Below, piece after piece: positions 49,035 through 62,449 of a stretch of 64,000 nucleotides of DNA. Where the stretch lies: NCBI RefSeq assembly GCF_052425735.1, contig NC_135760.1, positions 26,722,001 through 26,786,000 on the forward strand, given 5' to 3'. Origin of the DNA: Oculina patagonica (taxonomy: Eukaryota). The position numbers were made by a program, and so were the translations under genes. The notes under the pieces are model-generated. The model made no database searches. It was not told the origin of the DNA and was given only the letters and a program-made list of their open reading frames with translations. The stretch's first letter is position 1. Each line of letters opens with the position of its first letter.

Positions 49035-50546
49035 GGCTGTTCCGAAAACGAGGAGTGCGGAGTGCGGAGTGCGGAGTGCGGAGTCCAAAAATGCGGAGTC
49101 TGTAAAAAAATAAAAAATAAAATAAAATACAAATAAAATAAAAAAAAGTGTGATAAAAAAATTAAAATAAAATGAAAAATATATAAATATTAAACTAAAT
49201 ATTAAAAAAATAATACACATTTTTGCACAGCTTCGCCCGAAGCAGTGAAGCGGATCGTTCAGACCGCGGCCATTTCTTTCTTCAAAAATGACTGCAGTTC
49301 ACGTTTCACGAAATATTAACAAACAGTATTTCCAATTTTTTGGAATCACTACTCGTAAACTTCAAATAACTTTAGTTTCTTTTTTACCAAAGAGCCTAAA
49401 GCCATGTTGCTTCGCCTGGCTTTCCACGAATACACAGTAAACTCTCTAAAAGAACCATCAGCAACGTGGCACTTTCCAACTCCGCCTTTTATGCTAGACG
49501 AAGTTCAAATTAAAGAAAAATGTACAACAACGATACGCTACTCCGCAGCACTTAATAAAAAAGCAAAAAATAAATAAATAAAAATTTCCCCAAAAGTCAT
49601 TTAACCGCCTTTGTGCCGTGGATATCGACATCCATCTGTGGACATGTCATTTTTGGTTGAAATCATGTTTTCAGTGCAAGAATACTAATTCTTTTGATTG
49701 TAAGTTCTTTTCGCTGGGAACTCGGAACCTGGGAACCGTTTATTTCAGGTGTCATGGAAACACGTCTGTGTCAAGGACAATCGTGATAACTGGTAATGGT
49801 TATGTTAAGCTTGCAATAGCTTTTGCTTTTCACTACAAATGACACATCTGTTGCTGAAAAGTAACATTGTATATTTTGATACGGGTTAGATGTACACTGT
49901 CTCGGTTCGTTGTTTACACAAAAAACGCTTTCATTCTCGTGTGTTTCCATACATAGTGCATGGAAAATTCCCTAACTATGAACAAAAAGACAAAACAATA
50001 ACGGCAACTTATTGTCTGGAGATATAAATGTCTTAAGTAAAAAGTGCTGCGGAGTAGCGTATCGTTGTTGTACATTTTTCTTTAATTTGAACTTCGTCTA
50101 GCATAAAAGGCGGAGTTGAAAAGTGCCACGTTGCTGATGGTTCTTTTAGAGAGTTTACTGTGTATTCGTGGAAAGCCAGGCGAAGCAACATGGCTTTAGG
50201 CTCTTTGGTAAAAAAGAAACTAAAGTTATTTGAAGTTTACGAGTAGTGATTCCAAAAAATTGGAAATACTGTTTGTTAATATTTCGTGAAACGTGAACTG
50301 CAGTCATTTTTGAAGAAAGAAATGGCCGCGGTCGGAACGATCCGCTTCACTGCTTCGGGCGAAGCTGTGCAAAAATGTGTATTATTTTTTTAATATTTAG
50401 TTTAATATTTATATATTTTTCATTTTATTTTAATTTTTTTATCACACTTTTTTTATTTTATTTTTATTTTATTATTATCTTTTATTTTTTTACAGACTCC
50501 GCATTTTCGGACTCCGCACTCCGCACTCCGCGTTTTCGGAACAGCC
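49035..50546. mobile_element. Foldback/Mutator-like non-autonomous DNA transposon with ~510-bp TIRs and 10-bp TSD
   Basis: Near-identical inverted arms 49035-49553 and 50042-50546 starting ggctgttccgaaaacg with (gcggagt)n; TSD acaacttaac at 49025-49034 and 50547-50556. Confidence 0.92.
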
Positions 50547-52483
50547 ACAACTTAACATATCTTCCTGCGTCACGAAAACATTTTTTCCTGTTAACCGAGT
50601 GAGTCAGCAATAATCTAAATTGCCCGAAATTTCAACTGAACTTCACCTGCTAAACTAACTTTAGTTGCAAAGTAAAATGGTGATTTTATATCTTCAAGAG
50701 CATCTTTTTGGCCTCGGTTGGGGGAACGGAAGGAGGAGGGCTTGTATGTTCCCTTGTTGTTTTCCAATTGTTTCATAAACGTTTACAAAGTCCCTTTTAA
50801 TAGTAGAGTATGCTTTGTTCGGCCTCAAACAAGTTCCCTTTTAATGAAATAATTAATCGTGTTCCGTTGGCAAACTCTCAAGTAACTTTTAAAATAAATA
50901 AACAGCCCAGCCATGAAACTTTCTACTTATTCGTGTCCATACATGTTCCTAGTTAGCTTAAAATAGCTTAAAATATAAATTATCCTTACTGAATTCCATA
51001 CATTTCTTTTCATGTTAGTTGTGAGAATTTGGTAATACATCAGGACGATATCCCCTCAGTAGTTGACGATTCTCTTTATTCTCATCGCCTGCTGTTTGCC
51101 TGACAATGTATATTGATAAATTGTAAGGAAAAACAAAATAGAAGACACACTGGATTTTAGTTGAAACGAAAACTCGTCAAATGGCTTACATAAGCGGTAG
51201 AACGGGTAGGTTAAACCCATACAATTAAGAAATAGAAAACATTTTCCGTGTTTCTATCGAGTTTAATATAGGAACGCAAGTGAAAGTCTGGAGGAACGAG
51301 CAAGAGCTTCCACGGCTTTTCCCCAAACTTTTACGAGTGTCTCTTTACTCGATAGAAACAGGGAGAAAATGTTTTTCTACTTTAGAAAACACTGCAAGAA
51401 AATGAAAGGAAAACCACTCGTTTGTTTCGATTATCAAAACGTAAACTCTCTTCGATCGCGCCGTTTTTATCAAGTTACATCGAGTTTTAGAAGTACGCGC
51501 GCGCTTTCTTGCAAGGGTTTTCTAAATTTACAGTTGATAGAGTCCTAGCGTCCACGAGTCACCTGTAGTGGTATAGCGTCCAACCGGTGTGCGAAAGTTA
51601 ATAGGTTCGACTCGTCTTGGAAGAACTCGAAATTTCTTTTCCGAGTAGCATGTGTTACTGACTGAATAATCTTTTTCTCTTTGTCAGTTCAACCAAGCTT
51701 ATCTTAACCATATATTAACACTTTTTTAACAACAAAATAGCAGTTCCAAACAAGACGTTAAATCCACTCCACTGCAGTTGTATCAAGCTTTATTGACGGC
51801 TTTTAATCACTTAAACATAACATCACGACTAATTTGTACACACACTGTAAAATACACATCTAAATATCCTTAACACTCTACTAACTTAATCTGTACTTGG
51901 AAATTTGCATAAAAAAGAAAAATATATTTTATATATTACTACAGATAATGTTAGTTGTAAAATGTGGCATTCGTTCTGAGCAAACTTACAATCTCGCCAA
52001 GTGACTTTCTCTGGACCTAAAATCAACGGTCTAGAAGTTGACAATTAACTTAGGGCCAATAGTTTGCTTTTAAAGCTACATTTGTGAGAGGAAACCAGGA
52101 TGAGTGAAAACAGTTTTTCCTTGAGAGACTCCTAAGAACTCCAATATTTTTCTTACTCTGTCAACCAAGTGACATCTTCTAAGAGAACTGAAGAGAAAGC
52201 AAAATCTTAGAGGTAAGGTCATTTTTGTCTCTCATCTCTACCCATAACCAGCACCATTTAACCCTTTCTTTCTTTGTTGCCAAACTTGCCAAACTCATTA
52301 ATTACTATTTTCATTTTAATAATATTAGATTCTTGACGTTTAATTAAGATGAGCAAATTTAAGTTTCAAATTTGGAGGGTTCTTGGAGTGTGACACATTT
52401 CACAACTAAGTAGACACAAACAGAGGAAATAGATCCACTGCTTATGACAATTCTTGCTGTGATTGCTTTGGGCCATTTTATTT

Positions 52484-55400
52484 TCAGTTTAAAAAGAACT
52501 TGTCCACTTTGTCCTGAACTTTGCAGTCTTCACATCCAAGCCTTTTATCCTGAAACACAACCAAAATACAACACAATGTATGAATTGATGTGTACTGTAA
52601 ATTGTCTTTTAATGTATTATTTTCTTGTATGGATTCATTATCTTGTAACCTGTAGCTCTTGGGTTCGATAATATTACTTAAACATGTAAAGTAACCCTTG
52701 AACTACAAAAAGAATGCTTCAATCTCTAGAGAAGTCTCAATGATGTGTCCCTGAGAATCATCCCCGAGCAGTAATAATACTGACAGTCTAATGCACATGA
52801 ATAACTGGTATGTTTTAAAATGTCATTAAAAAGAAATGAGTATACTTACAGTCCCATAGTCCACAATTGTTGGAATTTCTGTAAGTTTGAAGTCACTTTT
52901 TCTGAATTCATTATCAGGTGATTTCCATCTGTTAACAGAACACAAAACATTATTTCAGGATAAATACATGCAAATTGTACATGGTAATAACTCAAATATT
53001 TGTCTGTCACTGACTATTATCAAACGTTTTAAACAACGTTTGTTTGAAACTCTTATAACTCTCTGTTTTGAAAAAAAGCCAATGACTTACAACGGTTACA
53101 TTATGCGCATGCGAGAGTGTCTCACAGAACACGCGTGACATGGCGAAAGCGCGTGATCGCTGTGCAAGACTTTAAATGTCACACTAGCGACTTTTAGATG
53201 TCGGGAATGTCAATATGTTCATTTCCCGCATTCTGGTCCCTTAGAGAATGCCATGCCTCAAGGAAGAGCCTCTTGTGATAGTCCGTCATCCTAGCCACGA
53301 TGGTTGTTTAAAACGTTTGATAATAGTCAGTGACAGACAAATATTTGAGTTATGAATATTCCTGACTGCAATTTCAGTGTTTATTGTATGGTAATAACTA
53401 AGATTCTTTTCGGGTTAGCAGCTAACACTTGTGGTCCACACTTGTTACCATATTGTCATTATAATTCTCCCTGGGTAAGATGGTGTATTGAGTCTTCCCA
53501 GAGTGAAAACAGGGCAAATATAACTATTAGTACCTCTTCTAAACTTATCCCTGATTAGACAGATAAATTACAGTGACTACCAAACACACACATCCCCTCA
53601 AGGCAAAAAGGTGTGGACACAAAGTTTAGTTTTGGTGGATGTCAATCAACTCTATGTAGTGATGTTATTTGTTTAAACACAACAAATCTGGTAATCCATT
53701 GCAAAAGTTATTATGTTTTGAAATTTTGTGTCAGAAATTCATTTTTGCTGCTTGTTTAAAAGATTTTACATCTTCAGATTTTTAAATGCAAAAACCAAGA
53801 ACAGTCAGGCAGTTTGATAAAATTAAGTAATGGTAAAAAAAATTTAATAAGGAAATAACTGAATTGTTTTTAGACCTTAAAGGGACTGTGTCACGGCTGA
53901 GTTAGATTTATTTTATTCAGCTTTGCCAAATACTCGCTATGAAACTTAATGTTTTCAAGAGATTACCTCTGTGGATCTAAGTGACAAAACCACAGCTTCC
54001 TTGCAACCAAATAATTTAAATAATTTAAAGATACAAGCAAACGAGATTAAGTTTGAAAACTGTTCAGCCCAACAATATAAATCCATGAAAAGCCCCTTTA
54101 ATTAAGTGAAAGAGTGTAATTACTCTGGCTTATCTCCAACGATAACCAAAATGAACACCAGGTCAGATGATGCCTTTTGCAATGCAGCTTCTACAACTGG
54201 TTCCGCTGAAATATAAAACAGGATAATTTAATTTATACTGTCTAACTAAATCCTCACGAAATACCAATGCTAAACCTGAGAAAAATATAACAAGTTAAAA
54301 CTTGTCATTCACCATTAAGAAACCTTTAACAAACCTTTTTCTTCCCTGTTTTTTATTAAAATAAGTTAAATACAATGTATTTTGAAGAAAAATTTGTACC
54401 AGTTATATCTTAATTTAAGATCAAATAACTCTAAGTTATCCTTTTGGTGATGCTTTATACAATTTATTTTACTATACTATACACTCAAATGTTTAAATTT
54501 ATAGAATTTGTTCAATCATTTCCCTTCATTTCACTCTATTTTTGTCAGTACCAAGAACACAGCCCCTGGCCTAACCTCTGGCCAAGTCCGATTATTTGAG
54601 CATGCACAGACTGTTTATTATCAATTGTCAGCCAATCAGCTTTGAGCAGAATAAACTCTGAGTCTGTGCACAATGATTGGAAGTCCGTGCATCATGAACT
54701 TTTATCAAATTGGACTTGGCCAGACTCTGTGTCCTCGGTGGAGTCTGGAGTTTGTTGAAATTTCCAAACAGGTTGCCATATACATTGTATTTTGGCGACA
54801 AGTACATAGGAAAGGAGCAAACTAGGCTAGATTTCAACTCGCATCACCCAACTCAACACAAGAGATCAGTGGTGAATACACTCCTTGAGAGAGCGGAAAA
54901 TATCCCATCAACAAGCGCAGGGAAACGCAAAGAAAAGGAGCGTGTGGTTAAAGTTTTGATGAACAATAACTATCCATTGCGGTTTATCAAGAGTTGTGAT
55001 TCTCATCGCAAAGCTAATCGCTGTGTCTCAGACAGCAGCGACACTCCTAATGATGCCGCAACATCGTTTGTTGTTCTACCCTACGTGAAAGGCGTAACTG
55101 AAAGAATCTCAAAAGTTCTACGCAACAACGAGGTCAAAGTTGGCTTTAAACCACTTAACACGTTACGCACACGCTTTCCCAGACCGAAGGACAAACTCAC
55201 AACATTCCAGTCTAGATGTGTAGTTTACAGAGTTAACTGCCTTGACTGCAGTTTTACCTATTATGGACAAACGGACAGAGCATTAGTTACTCGAATTAAA
55301 GAACTTTAAAGAGCAGTCCCTGTTTGCGACCAGAATGCGGGAAATGAACACATAGACATCCCTGATGTATATAAGTCACTTACATAATGTTCATAGTCTC

Positions 55401-57668
55401 GCGCAGCGTTCGCGTGTACTTGTATTAGTCACTCGCGCGCACGTACAAATGTGAAACCGTTAAAAAAAGTTGTTGCTTTTTCTGCCATGTTAAGACGGAT
55501 TCTGCTGAAAGTTCGAGCAATGAGTGCGAAAATTAAGTACCAAAAATCTACTCATTGCACGACAACATTTTGTATACTATTTAAAAGAGCTCATCGAAAT
55601 TCATTTGTCTTAGTGACCCCGCAATTAAATTCTAAAGCATTCTCGAGAAAATTAAAGTCAAACCTCGAAAAAATGTATTAAACGCGCGCCATTTTGTTTT
55701 GAACTGGCGCAAGACATCCGTTTTAACTGAAATAAAGACAACTTCAAATCCATTTTTCTCGCGCGGGGTCAGCTTGAGTGCTAAATTTTTGGCAGGTTTT
55801 TGTTAGCTGTACTAAAACTGTTGCCATGCTAAGAGATCTTTTTGGTAACTTTATTTTTGCCTGTATTGCTCGAAAATTGTGCGGAAACCATCTTAACAAC
55901 CGAAGAAGACCGAAGATTCACGGTCGAAACGTCTTGAGTAGATTATGAGCGTTGTTTACGCTCAAGTAAGTCAGCGTCAGAATTTATAAAGAGCATTAAT
56001 GTCAACTCCTGACTGCAATTTTGGTATTTATTTTTTCGTTTAATTTTGAGCTATGTTAGAACATTCCTCATACTACTGTATTGCCTCATGTAAAGTGAGA
56101 TGAGGTGTCCTTCTTTAATAAAAAACGCTTTAACTTGGTTTTGGCAACCAAAATTTTTTCTAGTAGTGACCATTTTACTAAAGAAAGTCTTCATAAGGTG
56201 ACTTAGAACTGAAAAACCTGAACCTGGAGTACTTCCAGGTGAGTTTTGATAATAAAATGGGGCACCCTGCACAAGAAGTGCACATGGGCGACTCTAATGA
56301 TCATTAACCATACTACATGCATTGCATACTAGAAAAATGTGAGATCATTATTTTAGGGGTATAGAATGGTCTATATCAGAAAATGGTGCATCTTGACAAA
56401 ATTGTAGCCATGTTTTAAAAACTTGGTATCTTAAAACTGGGTCTTGGGATTTTGAAATCTCAGAATTGAAGTGCATCTCAGAGTCTTGCATTTTTGAAAA
56501 CTTGGGTCTTAGAGTTTTGCAAGGCTAGCCACAAGCAAAACAAAATTCTGTGGCTGTTATGGAGTTTAGGGAGTTATGAGTGCATGGTTTATGGTTCAGT
56601 GGTTGGTATAAAAAGAATAGGCAGTTGTAAAGGATTGAAATGCTTCCATTTCACTGCTAGCTTCACACTTGAATTAGTCACAATCTAGCGTAGTCAAGCC
56701 AACTACGTCTTGAGTTCAGCACTTTAAAATAGTGAAGTCTTGGTCTCGGATTTTCAAACAAGAGTCTCCGTATCTTGCAGCAAATCTCAGATTTACCATT
56801 CTATACCCTCTATTGAAATCTAATCACCCAAACAATTATTCATTGAAAACAATAATTTTTAATTCAATAAAAAAGAGGAAAAAAGATAAAGGCTGCAGCG
56901 TTAACCAGGAAGTCTGCAAAGTTAATAACAACAGCTCAATAAAATCAAATATTTAAAACTTCAAATGAGCAGTTTTGTGTTTATCATCTTCTACAGATCT
57001 CTCTGCCTGCAGAGAAATATATTATGTTACATCATGAATTATTCAAGAATTACTGCTTCTACAAACACTGAATATCTCTCTAAGGTGAGGTTTACATTCC
57101 GTTACGTTTCATTGCTTTATACAGTTGATAGAAAATGCATTTAACAGAAAATCGATTTCACTTTTTAGCTTGCCAAATCATCCTTATTTACAAATGTCTC
57201 GCTCCCCAGAAACCATGGATTCCCCACAATGGTCAGTTGGAACCTTGATAGAAAATACCTTCCACTGGTACATGCGTGATGCACTGTCAGCTGATTGTGT
57301 GAAAATAACATTGGGTGTAGTCTGGACTGAGGAGACGTGTATTATAAACGAAAACAAAACACTCGAAGTTCTTAGAACGATTTCTACACCTGATGGCAAG
57401 GGAATTAACAGGATCAATAGTCCTTGACATATCAAGAGTTCTGAATCAAAAATCGCGGACTTTAGTGTAGCATGAGCTAAGCTATTTGGGCAGGAAATAA
57501 CAGGAAAAGTTACAAACCGTCTCGGCAATCTGGACACCAACTCTCGCCACTCTCATTCATTGAGCCGATAAACATCACCATTCTTCTCTTCCCTTCGTGT
57601 TCCTTCAGCGATGTCATTAAATTACTAAGTCCTTCTACTTGAAGCTGCAGTTGCTTCGGTTCAGACAT
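52484..57668 (-). CDS. TXNDC17: Thioredoxin domain-containing protein 17 / TRP14 (exons 57668-57518, 54205-54124, 52928-52850, 52549-52484; ~125 aa)
   Basis: Spliced translation MSEPKQ...GESWCPDCRD|AEPVVEAAL...VGDKPE|WKSPDNEFRK...IPTIVDYGT|DKRLGCEDC...FFLN*; WCPDC active site; GT-AG junctions keep frame. Confidence 0.95.
52990..53350. mobile_element. MITE with ~48-bp TIRs in TXNDC17 intron 2
   Basis: actcaaatatttgtctgtcactgactattatcaaacgttttaaacaac and its exact reverse complement at 53303-53350; TA flanks. Confidence 0.85.
54820..55980 (+). mobile_element. Penelope-like retroelement fragment (RT thumb/linker + GIY-YIG endonuclease start, pLTR with degenerate hammerhead) in TXNDC17 intron 1
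   Basis: LDFNSHHPTQHKRSVVNTLLERA...LPYVKGVTERISKVLR...KPLNTLR...PKD...VVYRVNCLDCSFTYYGQTDRALVTRIKE; hammerhead-like ccgaagaagaccg..cggtcgaaacgtc at 55900-55933. Confidence 0.88.
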
Positions 57669-57857
57669 GATTATTTTGAGGTATAACTCTGGAAGTCCTC
57701 CTCTCTCCACCTCGATTAGCTCCAGTAAGCCTCGTTTGCAATCCGAAACCTCGTTTTCAGTTTTGAGCAATATGTCCCAGAAATCTATTCGGTCATCCAA
57801 ATTCTCGTACCCAGATCTCTAACTGATGGTCACATTTTATATGGCGGTCGGTCGATA

Positions 57858-60800
57858 ATGTCCAGCATTTTTGGAGAGGAAAATGTTAAAAACGAGACGG
57901 TGACAGCAACAGAATTCAAGGTAAATCCGCTGTGAAGTGATCTCTCATTGGTATGGAAACATTTTTGAACAGTGAATTTAAAAAATAACTGGTGGACTCG
58001 CTTTAAAGAAACACATAAAAATGAGGAAAAGTTCACGTTTCCGCTGCATTTCTTGATTTCCCAGTCTTCCACTGTACTGCCTAGTTAAGACTGCATTTTA
58101 TTTTAATATGTTGTTTATTTTTTTACATAAAATAACTCGATCACATCCCCAGAGCCTGCTGTTCTCTTGATCAGCACCAAGAATGCAGACTCCAACCTTC
58201 TGGTCTGCACCAGGGATCAGGACCTCTGGGCTAGACTGAAAGCTTACTAAACAAATCGCCAAATCAGATTGGTTGTTAAAAACTTGTTTATTTCGTTCAC
58301 AAAACCTGACCCATGGGCACACTCTCACCGGAACCAGGATTTCCATATTCCAGTTTTGGAATCATCCAGAGCTTAGCATTTCCCGATTCCTGGCCAGTCA
58401 ATTGGGACGCAGGCCCTCGAAGCCTTGGGATTGTGTGGACTCTGGCCAGTGCTGATTTTTAAGCATGCGCAGAGTGTCTTGGTGCTGGCAAAAAGAAAAA
58501 GCCTGCTCTTGCAACAAGATTGCTTAAAGTAGGCAGCTCATCACTGATCTTATGAAACTGATATCGGATTGGTGTGTGAAAAAGGTGGACTGATGAACAA
58601 GCAACAGTTGATTGGGACCTCCACTCCCCAAGACTGAGCCCATAGTTTGCATCTCAAATTTCAGAGTACCCTTGAGTACACATGGTATTCATTGATAAAC
58701 ATTACAAGTGCTTGCCAAAAACGGCACTTGTTCTCCTGACTGGTGAAGGTGTAAACTCTATGGAATGGAGCGATACATGTTCATGCACAGGTGTCTTGTT
58801 TGTGCTACCCTTTCTTTTTTCCCCATAATTTTGAAATTCCTGAGAATCGTGAATGTAGATTTGTTTCTAATGATACCTATTTGTTTGTTTACTTTACCAG
58901 CCTCCAAGGTGTCTTGAGTTTTTGGAGAAATGGAGATTTTGCCGTTGTAAGTGCGACATTTAAAGACATGATTTAATATTTGTTTTGTTATTAATTCTTT
59001 TCTGCTTTCTAAAAAAGGGGAAAGGGAATTTTTGTCTCACTGAGTGCAATCAGTTTCATCTGTTGCGTCATTTTATTTCTGGCAGCTGCCAAGAACCAAT
59101 TTCATCGTTACTACATCTATGGTAGTATGCAGGATTGTTCAGCGTACTGGAAGGCATTCAGAAGCTGTTCAACATACACATTCAAAAAATCCTCAGAAGC
59201 AAAGGTTTGTGACTGTATGTTTATCAAGTTTGGTACAACACTTGTCTTATTACTTCTCCCTTTATAAATGGAGTGGGAGGCATACACTTGCTGGCCTATT
59301 ATTAAATGCTTAGTGTGCTGGACTCCAGATCAAGTAGTCTGGGTTCAGGCCCTGGCCGGGGCAATGCATTGTGTTTTTGGGCAAGACACTTTACTTCCAT
59401 AGTGCCTCTCTTCCCCCAGGTACCCGTAAATAGAATTTCCCTTTGTCTCTTTTTGCTATGGCAACTGGGATAAGCTCTGGTCATATGGGCACTTTGGCTT
59501 GTATGCAGACTTTACTTTTGAATAAATGTAGTGTCTGACTCACTTTTTACACTATTATGTTAGAATGAAGCTTGTCATTTTTCTCATGGGGTATTAATGA
59601 GTACAAACCGTGTTAGTACATTCTCTTTTTAACTAGGCTATACAGGTGTAATAACTGAAAAAAGAATTGCATCATGAAAAACTCATACTTTACTGGGCAT
59701 GGTATACATGTAGTAATGTTGTACCCTTACTAGAGATAAGAAGAGTAGTGTTCACGTGTGACTGAGGTTTTCTTGGCAGTATCTTGCCATTTTGTTTTTG
59801 TTTCAATAAAATGTTGATAAAGTAGAATATATCAGTTCAGGGGCAACTTTAATAACTTTAATTCTGTATTTTTATTTGTTCAGGAGGTAATGCTAGAAGT
59901 CATGAAAATTGATGAAATTAAATTTACATCATCTTCAGTGTGGGAAAAGAGAGAGAATCCTGGTGAATATTGGAATGGTAAAGAGTAAAAAGGTTCCCAA
60001 AGTGGGTTATTGATGAGGATAGGTGATTGATTCAAGAACTGAATAACTTGAACTGTGTGGAAACTCTAAAAAGAAGAAGTTTGTTGGTGAACATTAATGC
60101 TGTAAAAATTACCACGTCTGAAAGTCTAGTTGTATGATAGACTGCAAGCAAGAAGAGTTGAAATTGCAAGACTGCAAGCAGAATTAAGAGTTGAAATTAT
60201 GCAAATGAGGGAAACAACGAGGAGGTAATGGGGCAAGGCAGGAAAAAACCGTTCTGTGTCGGCACATTTTTTCGCATTGCATGCTAGGAAAAGAAAGAGA
60301 CTGCTCGCAGTCTAGTTGTATGAAGGATAAGGTAGCATCGTATCATTAGAATCACATGAAATGGAAGCCAGCAATAGCGTTAAAGAAAACCATCTGCCTT
60401 CCAATCATGGTGGACTTCTCTCCCATGCCTAAAGTTATTGCCTCTGATGCAACTTTAGGCTATTGTAGCATAATCAATATCAGTCAGGAAATTATATAAT
60501 ACTTTGTTTATGTGTTATTTATTGATATTATTTGAGATTTGATCTTTATTTTTGAGAGTTCATTTGACTTGCTGTGCAGTTAAACCTCTTACTTGCATGA
60601 GCAGGTACTCTGGTAGTCGGCAAATACAGATGGATTTTTACCTGTTGTTTGCAGTGTAAAACAACGGGCAAAAATTCATCTGTTATTATGATAAATTATG
60701 CCCACTAAGAAATAGACTGAAACTAGTCAGATACGTAAATCCAGAAAATTCTGTATCTGGTTTACATATTATACTCAAATTAAAATAATTTTAACTTCCA

Positions 60801-61981
60801 TTGTTATTCATCGTGAAGTGATAGTGATAAAATGTTTCAATCAATGTTTAATATCACTTTCACATCTTTCCATTAGGATTCTCAATACATGTATTGCTCT
60901 TGACCAAAAGCCGAGTTAATTGCCAATAAAATTTGTTCTTTGCAATTCATCTTGGCTCTTTCATAGGTTAAGAAAATTAGAAAACCAAGATGTTCAAAAC
61001 TTGTTAAACATGTTAGCACATGGTAACATCACAATCACTGTAAACATTGTTTGTTTTTTTTAAAAAAAAATTACATTACTGTATACAAGGTTTGGTGTCA
61101 CATTCAATTTTTTTTTACAAATCTCTGATTTTACCATAATTTCTACAACTCAGTGGAGAAACAAGTGCCAGTTAAGGGCAAAATCTAATTGCTGAGAATT
61201 GGACAGTACAGTCCATCAGCACAATAATTATTGCTAAGCAACGTAACTTTTATAGCATTTTTGCATCATGCTGACATGACAATGTTCTGAGTAATTTTGA
61301 GTGCCTGTGCTATTTTCTCATTTAGATGATAGGAACTGACAAATTGGAAAGCTTCAACAAAGATTTGCCAAAAATGACACTTGTTTCCCCAGCTGAACTA
61401 ATAATAAGGTAGATAGTCAATGTTAACTTGTTACAGGTTTAAACTTAGTTAGTTCCCTTTCTAAATATATATATCAAAAATATGTGACAGGTGTTTAATT
61501 TAAAAATGACTAGTAAATTACACAAAGACAATGTAATATTAAACAATGTTTAACACTGAAAATAAAATAGTATTTCAGACTGTGATTTAATCACAAGGTT
61601 TTCATATAAATTTAAGCCAAATGCAACAGGCTGCCACATTTCATTATCGGTACATATACATCATAATACAATTCTTCAAGGCTCAGGGCCAGACAACTGG
61701 GGGGAGATATGACGTTAAAATAAGTGCGATCAGCTTAACACATATTCCTGTTGAAAATGTTTATAACTTTTCCAAACTGATTTTGTTTGTTTTATTTTTG
61801 TCCGAGTTTCCCCAGTTACAGGATTTTCAAGAATAGACCCGGCCTCCTTTTTTGCATGGTTCTTACCCAGATTTTGACTGCCTGCTTGGGAAAGGGTGGC
61901 CTCGTACTCAACTCCAAGAATGAATTTATACACCTTATTCCAAAATGGCAGAAAATACATTATTCTTTTGTCTTCATGTAA
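57858..61981 (+). CDS. Unidentified small multi-exon gene head-to-head with TXNDC17 (tentative exons 57858-57920, 59884-59977, 60580-60604, 60967-61022, 61333-61408, 61822-61981; ~157 aa)
   Basis: Frame-consistent chain of GT-AG exons with polypyrimidine acceptors: MSSIFGEENVKNETVTATEFK|EVMLEVMKIDEIKFTSSSVWEKRENPGEYWN|...|RLRKLENQDVQNLLNMLAH|GTDKLESFNKDLPK...; the 25-bp exon and the 3' exons are uncertain; no family recognised. Confidence 0.45.
59305..59520 (+). mobile_element. tRNA-derived SINE remnant (related remnants at ~1165-1330, 14360-14480, 44600-44865, 63065-63290)
   Basis: gtgctggactccagatcaagtagtctgggttcaggccctggccgggg...ttgtgtttttgggcaagacacttt; tail gtatgcagactttac. Confidence 0.7.
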
Positions 61982-62208
61982 ATTAGCCCTTATTGCCACA
62001 TTCGCATCTGCAGAATTCAAGAGAAACTTTGGCTTAAAACTAGACAATGAGGGCCAATTAAAATGTAGACAAAAGAATAATGTATTTACCAGTACTATAT
62101 ACATGTTTTGTAACTAAAATGTGGTTTAGCTAAACAGCATCATGGCTTGGAGAAATGGCTTATTATCTAAAAGTCAAACGATTCCTTTCTTCGTGCTTCA
62201 GGCATGGG

Positions 62209-62337
62209 TCATCTGAAGGGGAAGTACCTCTCTATTAAATAAAGTGTCTCAAACACAACCTGCAATAGGAACCAGATGATTATTCAATGCCTACTACAAA
62301 AAATAATCTCTTACATGTAAAACATTTGTTTTACTAC

Positions 62338-62369
<32 letters not shown>

Positions 62370-62413
62370 TGAGCAAATAGTCAACAAGGCGCAGCCGAGT
62401 TGACTATCGCTCA

Positions 62414-62449
<36 letters not shown>

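Larger units (their letters stand above)
43740..51130. repeat. Three diverged tandem copies of a non-coding upstream module (~43.74-44.53, ~45.13-47.08, ~48.84-51.13 kb), homologous to ~19.45-20.36 kb
   Basis: aaacagttactaattacatcttcc(c/t)gttgcc at ~20259, ~43986, ~46220, ~48923; cttcctgtttac...cttgtttgatcaaa...agta(t/g)tgggacaa at ~19482, ~43766, ~45155. Confidence 0.85.

Noticed and set aside
49008-50602. Two near-identical hydrophobic ORFs (MCIIFLIFSLIF...)
   Set aside because: Translation of the A/T-rich inverted arms of the foldback element.
58538-58585. Possible exon LITDLMKLISDWCVKKVD* giving a small-Tim-like peptide after exon 57858-57920
   Set aside because: No polypyrimidine tract, no twin CX3C motif, early stop; the exon at 59884 has a much better acceptor.
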